DNA of 64,000 bases from an uncultured candidatus Brocadiaceae bacterium (GCA_964655775.1 CAZZNQ010000004.1:7822-71821); one strand, 5' to 3'; numbered from the stretch's first letter, positions 1-9,378 are shown. Notes: generated by a model not told the origin, from the sequence alone. Translations and numbers: made by a program.

Positions 1-1145
1 TCGCGGGTTCGTTCCACCTGGAGTGCCTGCGGCGCGTGCACGACGTCCAGGTCGAGGTCGCGGGCGTCACCTCCCTGCGGGAGGAGAGCCGGCGGGAGTT
101 CGGCGAGGAGCACGGCATCCCCGTCTTCGCGGACATCCACGAGATGCTCGACAACGTGGATATTCTGGACCTGTGCTCGCCGCCGTACGCTCACGAGGAG
201 GGCATCCTCGCCGCCGCAGAGGCCGGCAAGGGCGTCATCTGCGAGAAGCCGCTCACCGGCTATTTCGGCCCGGAGGACGTCGGCGAGGAGTGGAAGGGAA
301 GCGAGGCGCCGAAGGTCGACATGCTCACGGATGTGGTCGAGCGCCTGAGACGCATCGCCGCCGCGGTCCGGGAATCGGGCATCATGTTCGGCTACGCCGA
401 GAACTACATCTACGCGCCGACGATCCAGAAGGAGCGGGAGATCGTCGAGAAATCCGGTGCGCAGATCCTGCGCATGATCGGCGAGGAGTCGCACAACGGC
501 TCCGCTTCGCCGGTCTACGGAATCTGGCGCTATGCCGGCGGCGGATCGCTCATCGGCAAGGGCTGCCACCCGCTGGGCGGCATGCTCTACCTGAAGCGCG
601 TCGAGGGCCTGGCGCGCGACGGCAAGCCGATCCGGCCCGTCAGTGTGAGCGCGCGCACCCACGAGATCACGCGCCTGCCCAACTACCGCGACGCCGGCTT
701 CATCCGCACCGATTACCACGACATCGAGGACTACGGGTTCATGCACGTGGTCTTCGAAGACGGCACCATCGCTGACGTCGTCACCAGCGAGCTCGTCCTG
801 GGCGGCGTCTACGACTTCGTGGAGGTCTTCGCCAACAACCACCGCACCAAGTGCCGCCTGAGCCCGGCCGGCCTGATGGACACCTACAATCCCAAGGGCG
901 CCCAGTTCGACGACATCTACCTGATGGAGAAGGTCAGCACGCAGGAGGGATGGGTGCCCGCCGCGCCGGACGAGAACTTCACGATGGGCTATTACGCCGA
1001 GATCCAGGACTTCATGGAGTGCGCTGCCAAGGGGCGGACGCCGCAGTGCGACCTGGGACTGGGCCTGGACACCGTCGCCGCCATCTACGCGGCTTACGTG
1101 TCCGAGGAGAAGCACGGCGCCGAAATGGAAGTGCCGCGGCTGTGA
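1..1145 (+). CDS. Gfo/Idh/MocA family oxidoreductase (5' end outside window)
   Basis: The frame stays open to the window edge (AGSFHLECLRRV precedes the GTG at 36), so the 5' end is outside the window. Rossmann-type N-terminus and AEAGKGVICEKPL motif typical of the family. TGA at 1143-1145. Confidence 0.85.
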   Translation, partial: AGSFHLECLRRVHDVQVEVAGVTSLREESRREFGEEHGIPVFADIHEMLDNVDILDLCSPPYAHEEGILAAAEAGKGVICEKPLTGYFGPEDVGEEWKGSEAPKVDMLTDVVERLRRIAAAVRESGIMFGYAENYIYAPTIQKEREIVEKSGAQILRMIGEESHNGSASPVYGIWRYAGGGSLIGKGCHPLGGMLYLKRVEGLARDGKPIRPVSVSARTHEITRLPNYRDAGFIRTDYHDIEDYGFMHVVFEDGTIADVVTSELVLGGVYDFVEVFANNHRTKCRLSPAGLMDTYNPKGAQFDDIYLMEKVSTQEGWVPAAPDENFTMGYYAEIQDFMECAAKGRTPQCDLGLGLDTVAAIYAAYVSEEKHGAEMEVPRL

Positions 1146-1188
1146 GAGGGGACGGCGAGACACCGGGTCTTCCTGCTGGGAGCAACAG

Positions 1189-1989
1189 ATGGAACTGAAG
1201 GACGTGGACGCGAGCACGGAGGATGCGTTCCTGCGGTGCCTGCACCTGGAAGCTCCCGCTGAGCCGGAGACCCTGGCGCTGCGCCGGCGGTGGTACGACC
1301 GGTTCAAGGAGCGCGGCCTGCGGGCCAAGGTGCTGGTTGACGGCGATGGCAACGCGGTGGCGCTGGGCCAGTACGTGCCCATCGAGATATCGCCGTTCAT
1401 CGGTGAGGGGCTGGCGGCCATCCTCTGCATGTGGGTGCACGGCTACAAGCACCGTATCGGAAACCAGCGGGGGCGCGGATATGGCCGGCTGCTGCTCGAA
1501 GGCATGGAGGCCGAGATCGCCCGTGACGGCTATGCGGGCATCGCCGCCTGGGGCATGGACTTCCCCTACTGGAACCCCGTCTCGTGGTATCTCGCGCGCG
1601 GCTACAAGCGAGCCGACCAGCGCGGGCTGGAGGCGCTCGTCTGGAAGCCGCTGCGCGACGGTGCGGTCGCACCTAAGTTCATCCGGGGGCCTGAGACGGT
1701 TCCGGCGCCAACCGACAGGCCGGGCGTGAGAATGTACCTCAATGCGTGGTGTGGCGGCGGCTGTCACATCGCCCATCTGGCTCGCTGCGCGGCCCGGCAG
1801 TTGGGGGATGAGATCGAATACGTCGAGATCGACGTCGACGACAAGGCCGCCATGCTGGAGCACGGCGTCGACTTCGGGCTGTTTGTCAACGGCAAGCCGT
1901 ACAGGCCCTTTGAGGAACCGTGGCCCCTGGAGCGGCTGGTCGCGGACCTGAAGGGCTCGATGAAAGGCCGCGGCGCGGACAGCGGGTGA
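1189..1989 (+). CDS. GNAT-like acyltransferase with C-terminal thioredoxin/glutaredoxin-like CxxxC module
   Basis: 266-aa ORF. GNQRGRGYGRLLLEGMEAEIARDGYAGIAAW resembles a GNAT acetyl-CoA-binding core. The C-terminal ~80 aa (MYLNAWCGGGCHIA...VNGKPY) look thioredoxin-fold. Motif-level call only. Confidence 0.5.
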   Translation: MELKDVDASTEDAFLRCLHLEAPAEPETLALRRRWYDRFKERGLRAKVLVDGDGNAVALGQYVPIEISPFIGEGLAAILCMWVHGYKHRIGNQRGRGYGRLLLEGMEAEIARDGYAGIAAWGMDFPYWNPVSWYLARGYKRADQRGLEALVWKPLRDGAVAPKFIRGPETVPAPTDRPGVRMYLNAWCGGGCHIAHLARCAARQLGDEIEYVEIDVDDKAAMLEHGVDFGLFVNGKPYRPFEEPWPLERLVADLKGSMKGRGADSG

Positions 1990-2057
1990 TCGGTCTTGGC
2001 ACTCAACTGCGTCGCTCGCATGCGAGGACTCTGGGGCATGGGTCGGTCCCGTCATGC

Positions 2058-2114
2058 GCGGCCCATGTGTCCGAAGAGATGAAGGGCGCCGAGGTGGACG
2101 TCCCGCGCCTGTAA
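2058..2114 (+). pseudogene. Orphan 3'-terminal remnant of a second Gfo/Idh/MocA-type gene
   Basis: AAHVSEEMKGAEVDVPRL-stop aligns with the end of the 1-1145 gene (AAYVSEEKHGAEMEVPRL-stop). 44 of 57 nt are identical by hand alignment of 2058-2114 against 1089-1145. There is no matching gene body upstream in this frame. Confidence 0.45.
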
Positions 2115-2121
2115 GCGGGTG

Positions 2122-2397
2122 TCAGTCTTCCTTCTTGGCGGCGGCTTCCTTGGCCTTCTCGATGAGTTCGAGCAGGCTGAGCACCTTCGGCTTCGGCTGG
2201 GGATTCAGCAGGCGCTGCATTTCTTCCTCCGGCAGGTTCTCTTCGAGGAAGGCGCGCACGTCGAACACCTCCCACCAGCAGTTGAGGATGTGGTGGCAGA
2301 TGGTGCAGCCTTCCTGGAGGCGGCAGTAGCGGAACGATACCGGATGCCCGAGGCGTTTGCAGCGTATGGTTCGTTCGTCCTGTTCGTCTATCGGCAT
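2122..2397 (-). CDS. Small Cys/His-rich hypothetical protein
   Basis: ATG at 2397 with GGAG 8 nt upstream (the track start at 2406 is GTG). Contains RCKRLGHPVSFRYCRLQEGCTICHHILNC followed by a Lys/Glu-rich helix. No family recognised. Confidence 0.45.
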   Translation of the reverse strand: MPIDEQDERTIRCKRLGHPVSFRYCRLQEGCTICHHILNCWWEVFDVRAFLEENLPEEEMQRLLNPQPKPKVLSLLELIEKAKEAAAKKED

Positions 2398-2499
2398 CGC
2401 GGGCACTCCGTGCGATGATGAGAAACGGGCAGATCCAACCCAAGCGGGCCGGGTCTGCCCGGTGTTTGTCCGGTTGAGGCCCGGTGGGCCCTATGGCCA

Positions 2500-3858
2500 T
2501 TATACCTGAGGCTTGGGCAGTCCCTCCAGACCCGCCAGCGACTTCCGCATGTCCTCCTCCGGCAGCGCATAGTCTTCCAGCTTGCCGCTGAAGTAGGCGT
2601 CGTAGCCGGAAAGGTCCATCAACCCGTGGCCGGACCAGTTGAAGAGGATGACCTTCTCCTTGCCCTCTTCCTTCGCCTTAATCGCCTCCTGGATCACGGT
2701 CGCGATCGCGTGCGACGTTTCCGGCGCGGGGATGAAGCCCTCGGTGCGGGCAAACTGCACGGCGGCGCCGTAGCACTCAAGCTGGTGCAGCGCGCGTGCC
2801 TCGATCAGCCCGTCCTTGAGCACCTGACTGACCAGCGGCGCGGTGCCGTGGTAGCGCAGTCCGCCGGCGTGGATCGGGGCGGGCACAAAGTTGTGGCCCA
2901 GGGAGTGCATCGGCAGCAGCGGCGTCATCATCGCCGTGTCGCCGAAGTCGTATACGAACGGCGCGCGCGTCAGGGTCGGGCAGGCGGTCGGCTCGGCGGC
3001 GATAACCTGCACCTCCTTGCCGTGGACTTTGTCGCAGATGAACGGGAAGGCGAGGCCGGCGAAGTTTGACCCGCCGCCCACGCAGCCGACCACGACATCC
3101 GGGTACTCGCCTGCGATCCCCATCTGCTTCTTTGCTTCCAGGCCGATGATGGTCTGGTGCAGCAGCACGTGGTTGAGCACGCTTCCCAGGGAGTAACGCG
3201 TGTTCTCGCTGGTCACCGCATCCTCGACGGCCTCGCTGATGGCGATGCCCAGGCTGCCGGGGGTGTCCGGCATCTCGGCCAGTATCGCTCTGCCCGCCTC
3301 GGTCTGGTCGCTGGGGCTGGGCACGCACTCGGCGCCCCAGGTTTGCATCATCAGCTTGCGGAAGGGCTTCTGGTCGAAGCTGATGCGCACCATGTAGACC
3401 TTGCACTCCAGGTCGAACAGGCTGCAGCACATCGCCAGGGCGCTGCCCCACTGCCCGGCGCCGGTCTCGGTGGTGATGCGCTTGATGCCGAACACTTTGT
3501 TGTAGTATGCCTGTGCGATGGCCGTGTTGGGCTTATGGCTGCCTGGAGGCGAGACTCCCTCGTTCTTGTAGTAGATGTGCGCCGGCGTGTCGAGCGCCTC
3601 TTCCAGGGCCTTTGCGCGGTGCAGCGGGCTGGGTCGCCAGAGCGTGAGCTTCTCCAGCACTTCCTCGGGTATGTCGATCCAGCGCTCCTGGCTGACCTCT
3701 TGCTCGATGAGGTTCATGGGGAACACGGGCGCAAGGTCTTCCGGCGCCAGAGGCTTGCCGGTGCCCGGATTGAGCGGCGGCTGCATGCCGTGGGGCAGGT
3801 CGGCCTGGATGTTGTACCACTGTCTCGGGATCTCGTCTTCCTTCAGGATGATGCGCAT
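2500..3858 (-). CDS. TrpB2-type (TrpB-like) PLP-dependent tryptophan synthase beta chain
   Basis: [23 protein letters not shown]-terminus, [11 protein letters not shown]-lysine region and VGGGSNFAG loop are typical of the TrpB2 clade. Start set at ATG 3858. Confidence 0.9.
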   Translation of the reverse strand: MRIILKEDEIPRQWYNIQADLPHGMQPPLNPGTGKPLAPEDLAPVFPMNLIEQEVSQERWIDIPEEVLEKLTLWRPSPLHRAKALEEALDTPAHIYYKNEGVSPPGSHKPNTAIAQAYYNKVFGIKRITTETGAGQWGSALAMCCSLFDLECKVYMVRISFDQKPFRKLMMQTWGAECVPSPSDQTEAGRAILAEMPDTPGSLGIAISEAVEDAVTSENTRYSLGSVLNHVLLHQTIIGLEAKKQMGIAGEYPDVVVGCVGGGSNFAGLAFPFICDKVHGKEVQVIAAEPTACPTLTRAPFVYDFGDTAMMTPLLPMHSLGHNFVPAPIHAGGLRYHGTAPLVSQVLKDGLIEARALHQLECYGAAVQFARTEGFIPAPETSHAIATVIQEAIKAKEEGKEKVILFNWSGHGLMDLSGYDAYFSGKLEDYALPEEDMRKSLAGLEGLPKPQV

Positions 3859-3978
3859 CGGAGTGCCCACTTTCCGCGAATCCCTTCCGTTAAGAGAGTA
3901 GGGGAGAGGCCGTCAACTGGAATGCAGGATGCCAGTTTAGCCCTTCAGGCGGTCCTGTCAAGCGCATTCCGCGGAGCT

Positions 3979-5847
3979 TCAGAGACCACCGGGGCCGAAG
4001 CGCTTGAACCAGTGGCCGAAGGTGATGAGGCACATCAACGCCCGGACGTGCCGTCGCCGGTGTGACATGTGTTCGGCAACCAACTGCCGGAGGCGTCCCA
4101 GGTCGAACAGGTCCGGGGGGATCGCCTCTTCGTCGTTCAGCATCGCGTTCAGCATCTCGCGGAACGGCGGCGTGCGCAGAAGCTCGCCGCGCTCGGGCCA
4201 GCTCTCGTTGGTGGTGGTGCGGGGCACCAGTCGGCACGTGCGGAGCGCCGCCAGAGGTACCTCCCCGAGCAGTTGCGCCGCCCACGCCAGCAGGGGAGGG
4301 GCATCCACGCGGACCCCCGTGTTAGCGTACGGAATGCTCCACAGTTGCGGATCGAGCAGCTTCAGGGCCTTCTTGAACACACGGCCGCCTCGTCGGAAGG
4401 CGACGGGCATCGCCGTCGAGAGCTCCAGCAGGCGCCTGTCCAGGCACATCGAGCGATACTCAGTGTAGGGCCGCAGGCAGGTCAGGTTCATGAACGCCTC
4501 CACGCGGCCGGGGCTGACGAATCCGCCGACGTGCGCGACGACGTCGTTCGGATCGTCGGCGTCGGCGTCGTCCATCTGCTCCCGGATCGTGGCGTACATG
4601 ATCTCCCGGTACCTTTTTCGCCACGGTTCGCGGAAGAACGTCCACGGGTGCGAGGGGAAGGTGCTCTTGCAGTCGATGCGCAGTATCTGCTCCTCGATGC
4701 CGCCGAAGGTGTGGTGCTTCTGGTGCGGCCAGGGGATGCGCAGCCCGCGCACCGGCTTCATGCTGGCCCAGTAGACGCCCTTGAACAGCGCGTCCATCAG
4801 CTCCTCTACGAACAGCACGTCACACTCGTTCCCGATGCCGTCGAACTGCCCGAGGAAGTGGCAACTGTCGAACCGGGCCATCCCTCCGGCCAGTTCCACC
4901 GCCTGGTCGAGGATGGCCGTGTAGTGTCCGGGCGAGCGACGCAGGAACTCATGCCGCCAGCCTTTGACGCGAGCGATGCGGCGCGCGATGCGCGCCTCGC
5001 GATTGAACCAGTCGGCCACCGTATAGGACCGCATCGGCGCTTCGGACGCCGCCACCAGGGCCCGGGCGTCCAATCCGCCGCTGAGCAGAACGCCCTTCCG
5101 GGCGCGGCCGGACGTCCGGGCTGCGGCGGAATGCCGAAATCCGTCCGCCAGCCCTTCCGCGAACTCGTCCTCGCTACAGTCCAGCGCCTCGTACTGCAGC
5201 CGCCAGTATTTGCGCACGGCGAGCTCGCCGTTCCGGAATTCGAGAACGCCGGCGGCCGGCATCGCCTTCGCCTCGCTGTAATGCGTGTTGGTGTACTGGC
5301 AATGCTGGAACGTGAACATCTGCATCACGGCCGTGACGTCCAGCGAGCCGCCGTCCAGCGCTCCGCACGCGACCAGGCAGTTGAACCGCGAACTGAAGAC
5401 GAGCGCGTCTCCCAGCCGGCAGTAGAAGATCGGGCGTGAGAAGAAGGGATCGGTCACGAGCAGGAGGCGGCGTTCCCGCAGGTCGTAGATCGCTGCGGAA
5501 AAGGACCCGTTCGCGATGCGGAAGGCCCTGTCGCCGTGCTGCTCGTAAAGGTGCAGCAGAAGCTCTGCGCTGCTTTCCGGGTGGCGAAAGCGGTGCCCGG
5601 CCGATTCAAGGTCGGCCCGCAGTCGGCCTCTCTCGAAGACTTCCCCGTCCGCCGCGATGAGCAAGCGTTCGTCCTCGCCGGCGACGGTCTGCGGAGCCGG
5701 TTCCACGACGCCGTGGTGGAAGCGCAGCAGGCCGAATGCGGGGACTTCCCGACGGTCACAGCATCGCCCCGCGCCGGTGCCGACGTGGGCGGCCATGGCG
5801 TCCAGAACGCGCCTGGTGGTGGCGGCGTCGGCGCCACAGATGCCCAT
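3979..5847 (-). CDS. Asparagine synthetase B family protein (glutamine-hydrolysing type, atypical N-terminus)
   Basis: Ntn-amidotransferase-like N-domain (RLLLVTDPFFSRPIFY) plus PP-loop VLLSGGLDARAL. The start is ambiguous: ATG 5847 gives MGICG, while ATG 5925 would overlap the upstream gene. Confidence 0.8.
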   Translation of the reverse strand: MGICGADAATTRRVLDAMAAHVGTGAGRCCDRREVPAFGLLRFHHGVVEPAPQTVAGEDERLLIAADGEVFERGRLRADLESAGHRFRHPESSAELLLHLYEQHGDRAFRIANGSFSAAIYDLRERRLLLVTDPFFSRPIFYCRLGDALVFSSRFNCLVACGALDGGSLDVTAVMQMFTFQHCQYTNTHYSEAKAMPAAGVLEFRNGELAVRKYWRLQYEALDCSEDEFAEGLADGFRHSAAARTSGRARKGVLLSGGLDARALVAASEAPMRSYTVADWFNREARIARRIARVKGWRHEFLRRSPGHYTAILDQAVELAGGMARFDSCHFLGQFDGIGNECDVLFVEELMDALFKGVYWASMKPVRGLRIPWPHQKHHTFGGIEEQILRIDCKSTFPSHPWTFFREPWRKRYREIMYATIREQMDDADADDPNDVVAHVGGFVSPGRVEAFMNLTCLRPYTEYRSMCLDRRLLELSTAMPVAFRRGGRVFKKALKLLDPQLWSIPYANTGVRVDAPPLLAWAAQLLGEVPLAALRTCRLVPRTTTNESWPERGELLRTPPFREMLNAMLNDEEAIPPDLFDLGRLRQLVAEHMSHRRRHVRALMCLITFGHWFKRFGPGGL

Positions 5848-5893
5848 CAGCTCGCTCAACAGCCGTCTCCTTGAGGCTTTTCGGCTTTGCCGA

Positions 5894-7840
5894 CTACCAG
5901 TTGGGGATGTCCTCGGGGCTCGCATCCCATACGGCCGGGGACTTCACATGCCTCACCACGCCGGGGCTGCCCAGGTTGGCGTAGGTCCGCTCGGCAAGAC
6001 GATAGCTTCCGGGGCGATGGCCGACGAAGACCAGCTCGGTCGGCCAGAGCAGCCCCGCCACCTCGGGCAGGTCGGTGATGCGCAGGCAGGAAAGCATCTC
6101 GAGGGCCGGCCCGCGCCCGTCCGGCCGGGACACGGCATCCTGCGTTGCGGGCGGGTCCTGCAATACCACCGCCTGCAGGCCGCCGTCCAGAAGCGCCGCG
6201 TACAGGGCCACGGCCCCCATCTCGCCTCGTGCCGCGAGCACGACGCGGTCCGCGTCGACGCCCTCCAGTGCGCGCACCGCCTCAACGGCCCGCAGGGCGT
6301 CGTAGACTCGCATCGACGCGACCGTCCGGCCGAGTATGGCCGAAGCGCGTCGAACGTGCCAGGAGAGTTCCTCGCCCCACGACAGGTCGCCGACGCCGCG
6401 CAACTCCACGGTTGCGTTCGCCCAGTGCGACAGGCCCTCCACCGCGACGCATGCCTCGCCGCGCGGGCTCTTGAGGGACAGAATCACGCCCGATGGTGTC
6501 TCAAGGGCCGGGGGCCATTTGATCTGCCCGGGATGCCGCCAGCCGTCCTCGCTGGTGAAGCGGAACCTGGCGCCGCGTGTCTCTCCAGTCAGGAAGCGCT
6601 GGTTGACTTCGAGTTCGAGCGGAATGTTCCGTGGGAAGTGGTTGAAGGACAGCTCGCGCAGGCGGCCGATCACGTCCTCGCGGCGCTGCCGCAACTCGTC
6701 CTGATCCGTGCATGCTGCCGGCATCGCGAGCGGCACAAAGTCGTCTTCCACGGTCGTCGTTCGCTCGTCCGCCGGTATCTCACCGTTGGGAAAGACGCGC
6801 AGCACCTCGAAGTCCTCGTTCGCCTCGGGATCGTAGTCGCCGACTTCCTCCGGAGGCACGTCGCGGCCGGCAAGGTGCTTGAGGAACCAGGAGTATATGT
6901 GCGTGCGGGTTGTCTCGTGGTAGCCGTGGGGGCCCGGCGCCTCGACCATGTCCATCTTGTCCGCCGCCCCGACAATACCGTAGAGGCGCCGGAGCTTCTC
7001 CGCTGTCTCGCGGATCGACTCGATGCGGTACAGGTCGTCGCGATCGGTCGTGGCGATCAGCAGCGGCCGCGGTGCGATCAAGGCGCCCACGTCGGCCAGG
7101 TCCCATAGGTCCGTGTTGATGTGGTACATGCAGTCGCAGTGATGGTCCACCGTCTTCTCGGCCAGGTGGCTGCGCATGGTGCCGGTGCCGCAGCTTGGGG
7201 CCACGCACCGGGCACGCTCGTCCGCCGCGCCCAACCACCAGCTCACGGCGCCTCCGCCCGAGTTGCCGGTGACGCCCATCCGTTCGGCGTCCACCTCGGG
7301 CCTTTCCGCCAAAAGGTCCAGCGCGCGGATGCCGTTCCACGCTTCGACGCCGGCGGGCGTGAAGCCGCGGCTGTAGAGGTTGAACCGGCCTCCGTAGAAG
7401 ACGCCATGGTGGTCGCCGCGGATCTCGCCCAGTTCGATGGTCTCCACCACCAGCGCCACGAAACCGAGCTGCGCGAGTTTCCGGGCGTGGGGCTGGTAGT
7501 GGTGCTTCTGGACGGCGGCGTGCCCGCAAACCTGCACCACGGCGGGAGCCGGATCTTCCAGACCCTCCGGGACGTAAAGGTTGGCCGTCACGTAAAGTCG
7601 CGGCAGGCTCTCGAAGTAGAGCTTCTCAATGCGGTAGCCGTCGCGCTCCGCCACGCCCGTCACCTGCGTGTTCAGCGGTGTGCGGGGGGCGTTGAGATAC
7701 GGCGTCAGGCCCAGGCTATCGTGATATCTGGCCAGGCGCATCGGTCGCTCGCGGTGCCAGTCCTCGGCGGATTTGACCGAACTGAGCGACGCGTCGGTGA
7801 TGGCGGCGGCCTCGCGACACAGGTAGGTGCGGATGTCCAT
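5894..7840 (-). CDS. Two-module alpha/beta hydrolase (acetyl-xylan-esterase / dienelactone-hydrolase-like)
   Basis: Start at ATG 7840 (MDIRTYL) with GAGGAG 8 nt upstream. The first module has the nucleophile elbow GVTGNSGGG. The second module has the same fold signature but reads ARGEMGA at that position. Confidence 0.75.
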   Translation of the reverse strand: MDIRTYLCREAAAITDASLSSVKSAEDWHRERPMRLARYHDSLGLTPYLNAPRTPLNTQVTGVAERDGYRIEKLYFESLPRLYVTANLYVPEGLEDPAPAVVQVCGHAAVQKHHYQPHARKLAQLGFVALVVETIELGEIRGDHHGVFYGGRFNLYSRGFTPAGVEAWNGIRALDLLAERPEVDAERMGVTGNSGGGAVSWWLGAADERARCVAPSCGTGTMRSHLAEKTVDHHCDCMYHINTDLWDLADVGALIAPRPLLIATTDRDDLYRIESIRETAEKLRRLYGIVGAADKMDMVEAPGPHGYHETTRTHIYSWFLKHLAGRDVPPEEVGDYDPEANEDFEVLRVFPNGEIPADERTTTVEDDFVPLAMPAACTDQDELRQRREDVIGRLRELSFNHFPRNIPLELEVNQRFLTGETRGARFRFTSEDGWRHPGQIKWPPALETPSGVILSLKSPRGEACVAVEGLSHWANATVELRGVGDLSWGEELSWHVRRASAILGRTVASMRVYDALRAVEAVRALEGVDADRVVLAARGEMGAVALYAALLDGGLQAVVLQDPPATQDAVSRPDGRGPALEMLSCLRITDLPEVAGLLWPTELVFVGHRPGSYRLAERTYANLGSPGVVRHVKSPAVWDASPEDIPNW

Positions 7841-7873
7841 CGATATGCTCCTCGCGCTGCATGGGATGGCGTT

Positions 7874-7902
7874 AGGATAGCGGTCTGGACACGAGTGTGC
7901 AA
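7874..7902 (-). promoter_or_regulatory. Sigma-70-type promoter candidate for the hydrolase/AsnB-like operon
   Basis: The minus strand reads TTGCAC-N17-TATCCT, about 30 nt upstream of ATG 7840. Confidence 0.4.
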
Positions 7903-7922
7903 TAACCGGGGAGAATCCGGGG

Positions 7923-7950
7923 TTGTGGGCGCGTGGCACGCGGCTATAAT
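7923..7950 (+). promoter_or_regulatory. Sigma-70-type promoter candidate for the 8011 gene
   Basis: TTGTGG-N16-TATAAT. The downstream RBS GGAGGAGGAG lies directly before ATG 8011. Confidence 0.5.
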
Positions 7951-8010
7951 CGAAGTGAGTGGTCTATGGCGATGTAGAGGGTAATCCGCTGGCAAACGGA
8001 GGAGGAGAAG

Positions 8011-8682
8011 ATGAAGATCAGGTGGGTGGCCGCACTGGCGGTGTTGTGCTGGGTGGGCGTGCTGGCCGTCAACGCGACGGCCGGAGAGCCTCACGAGGAG
8101 CTGGAACGCCACGCCGTGCCCGAGCGGCGGATGGAGCTGTTACGGCGCCATGCCCGGGCCATGGAGGAAATGGGCGACCGTGAAACGGCCGAGCGGATAC
8201 GGCGCGACATGCTTCGCGAACTACACCGCGGAGAACGGAAGACCGACCGGGACCGCGAATGGAAAGAGCACCCGTGGAACGGCAGGGAGCCTGAGGAGTG
8301 GTCGCGTTTGCAGGAACGCGTGCGCGAACTCCGGCACGCGGCCGAGATCCTGCGCCAGGAGGATATGCCGGACGCCGCCGAAGAACTCCTCGCCCGTGCT
8401 GAACGCATGGAGCGCGAACTCAGAGAGATGCACGCACGTCGGGAGCGCGACATGCGAGGTGGCACGTTCGTGCCGGAGAGGGGCAGGGGCCTCGACGGCG
8501 AAATCGAGGCGTTGGCTCGTCAGCAGGAAGAACTCCGCGAGAGGATGCGGGACGTGCACGCCGCCCTGGAGCGGCGTCTGAACGCGACCGGCGAAGAGGT
8601 GGAGCGTCTCAGGGCTACAGTGGAGAACCTGCGGCGTGAGGTCCGGGAACTGCGGGGTGCTGGTGAGGACCGCGAAAGGTAG
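8011..8682 (+). CDS. Secreted Glu/Arg-rich coiled-coil protein (hypothetical)
   Basis: Signal-peptide-like N-terminus MKIRWVAALAVLCWVGVLAVNATAG, then highly charged helical repeats. Strong RBS. Confidence 0.6.
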   Translation: MKIRWVAALAVLCWVGVLAVNATAGEPHEELERHAVPERRMELLRRHARAMEEMGDRETAERIRRDMLRELHRGERKTDRDREWKEHPWNGREPEEWSRLQERVRELRHAAEILRQEDMPDAAEELLARAERMERELREMHARRERDMRGGTFVPERGRGLDGEIEALARQQEELRERMRDVHAALERRLNATGEEVERLRATVENLRREVRELRGAGEDRER

Positions 8683-8712
8683 GTTGGCGGGGCCGCCGTT
8701 CTAAGACCTGAG

Positions 8713-8738
8713 GCCGGCCGGGCACAGACCCGGCCGGC
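8713..8738. terminator. Bidirectional stem-loop between convergent genes
   Basis: Perfect 10-bp GC stem GCCGGCCGGG / CCCGGCCGGC with a 6-nt loop, between the stop at 8682 and the pspC stop at 8742. The U-tract is weak. Confidence 0.5.
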
Positions 8739-8741
8739 ACC

Positions 8742-9125
8742 TTATTCCTCAAGCCGCCGCTTCCAGTCGTAGTCGCGCGCCGTCACTATGTCCTCCATTC
8801 GCCGGATGCGCCGCTCCAGGCTGTCGTACGTGCGTTTGAGCCTATGCACGGCCATCCTGCGGGAGTTGGCGTAGGAATTGTAGAACTCCTCGTCCGCCTC
8901 GGAACCGAACGGCACCACCGGCTCCAGCGGCATCAGCAACCCGGCGACGAAATAGAGAATGACGACGGGCCAGATGCCCGTGAGTAGGAAGGCCAGCACG
9001 GCGATCATCCTCACCCAGAACACCGAGATGTCCGTGTGACGGGCCAGCCCCTTGCAGACACCGAGTATCATGCCGTCCCGTGCCCGGTATGGGCCGCCGC
9101 TTGCTTTGTCACGCCTGGCGCTCAT
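8742..9125 (-). CDS. pspC: Phage shock protein C
   Basis: PspC domain GMILGVCKGLARHTDISVFWVRMIAVLAFLLTG followed by a C-terminal leucine-zipper-like helix. Last gene of the psp operon. Confidence 0.85.
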   Translation of the reverse strand: MSARRDKASGGPYRARDGMILGVCKGLARHTDISVFWVRMIAVLAFLLTGIWPVVILYFVAGLLMPLEPVVPFGSEADEEFYNSYANSRRMAVHRLKRTYDSLERRIRRMEDIVTARDYDWKRRLEE

Positions 9126-9378
9126 TGGTTCCTTCCTTGTCCGTATCGGGTTCGTAGATGATAGCTTCCAGGGCGTCTATCCGCTTCTCCATGCGCGACA
9201 GCCCCTGGTGGATGGCCTGGACCGCCCGGGCTTCCTCCGCGCTGCTCTTCGAGCGCGATCCGCCTTTCATTATGCCGAGGGCCGCCAGCACCACTATGCC
9301 GATAATCGTCACCAGCGGTATGGCAAGGGCCAGCAGGATGGGCGCCAGGCCCAGGAAGATTCCCGTGTCGACATTCAT
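9109..9378 (-). CDS. pspB: Phage shock protein B
   Basis: Single N-terminal TM helix, then SAEEARAVQAIHQGLSRMEKRIDALEAII, which resembles the E. coli PspB C-terminal helix. Its ATG overlaps the upstream stop (ATGA at 9375-9378). Confidence 0.75.
   Translation of the reverse strand: MNVDTGIFLGLAPILLALAIPLVTIIGIVVLAALGIMKGGSRSKSSAEEARAVQAIHQGLSRMEKRIDALEAIIYEPDTDKEGTNERQA

Noticed and set aside
7932-7950. TGGCAC followed by GCGGCTATAAT as a sigma-54 promoter
   Set aside because: There is no TTGC at -12. The TATAAT fits a sigma-70 promoter with TTGTGG at -35 instead.
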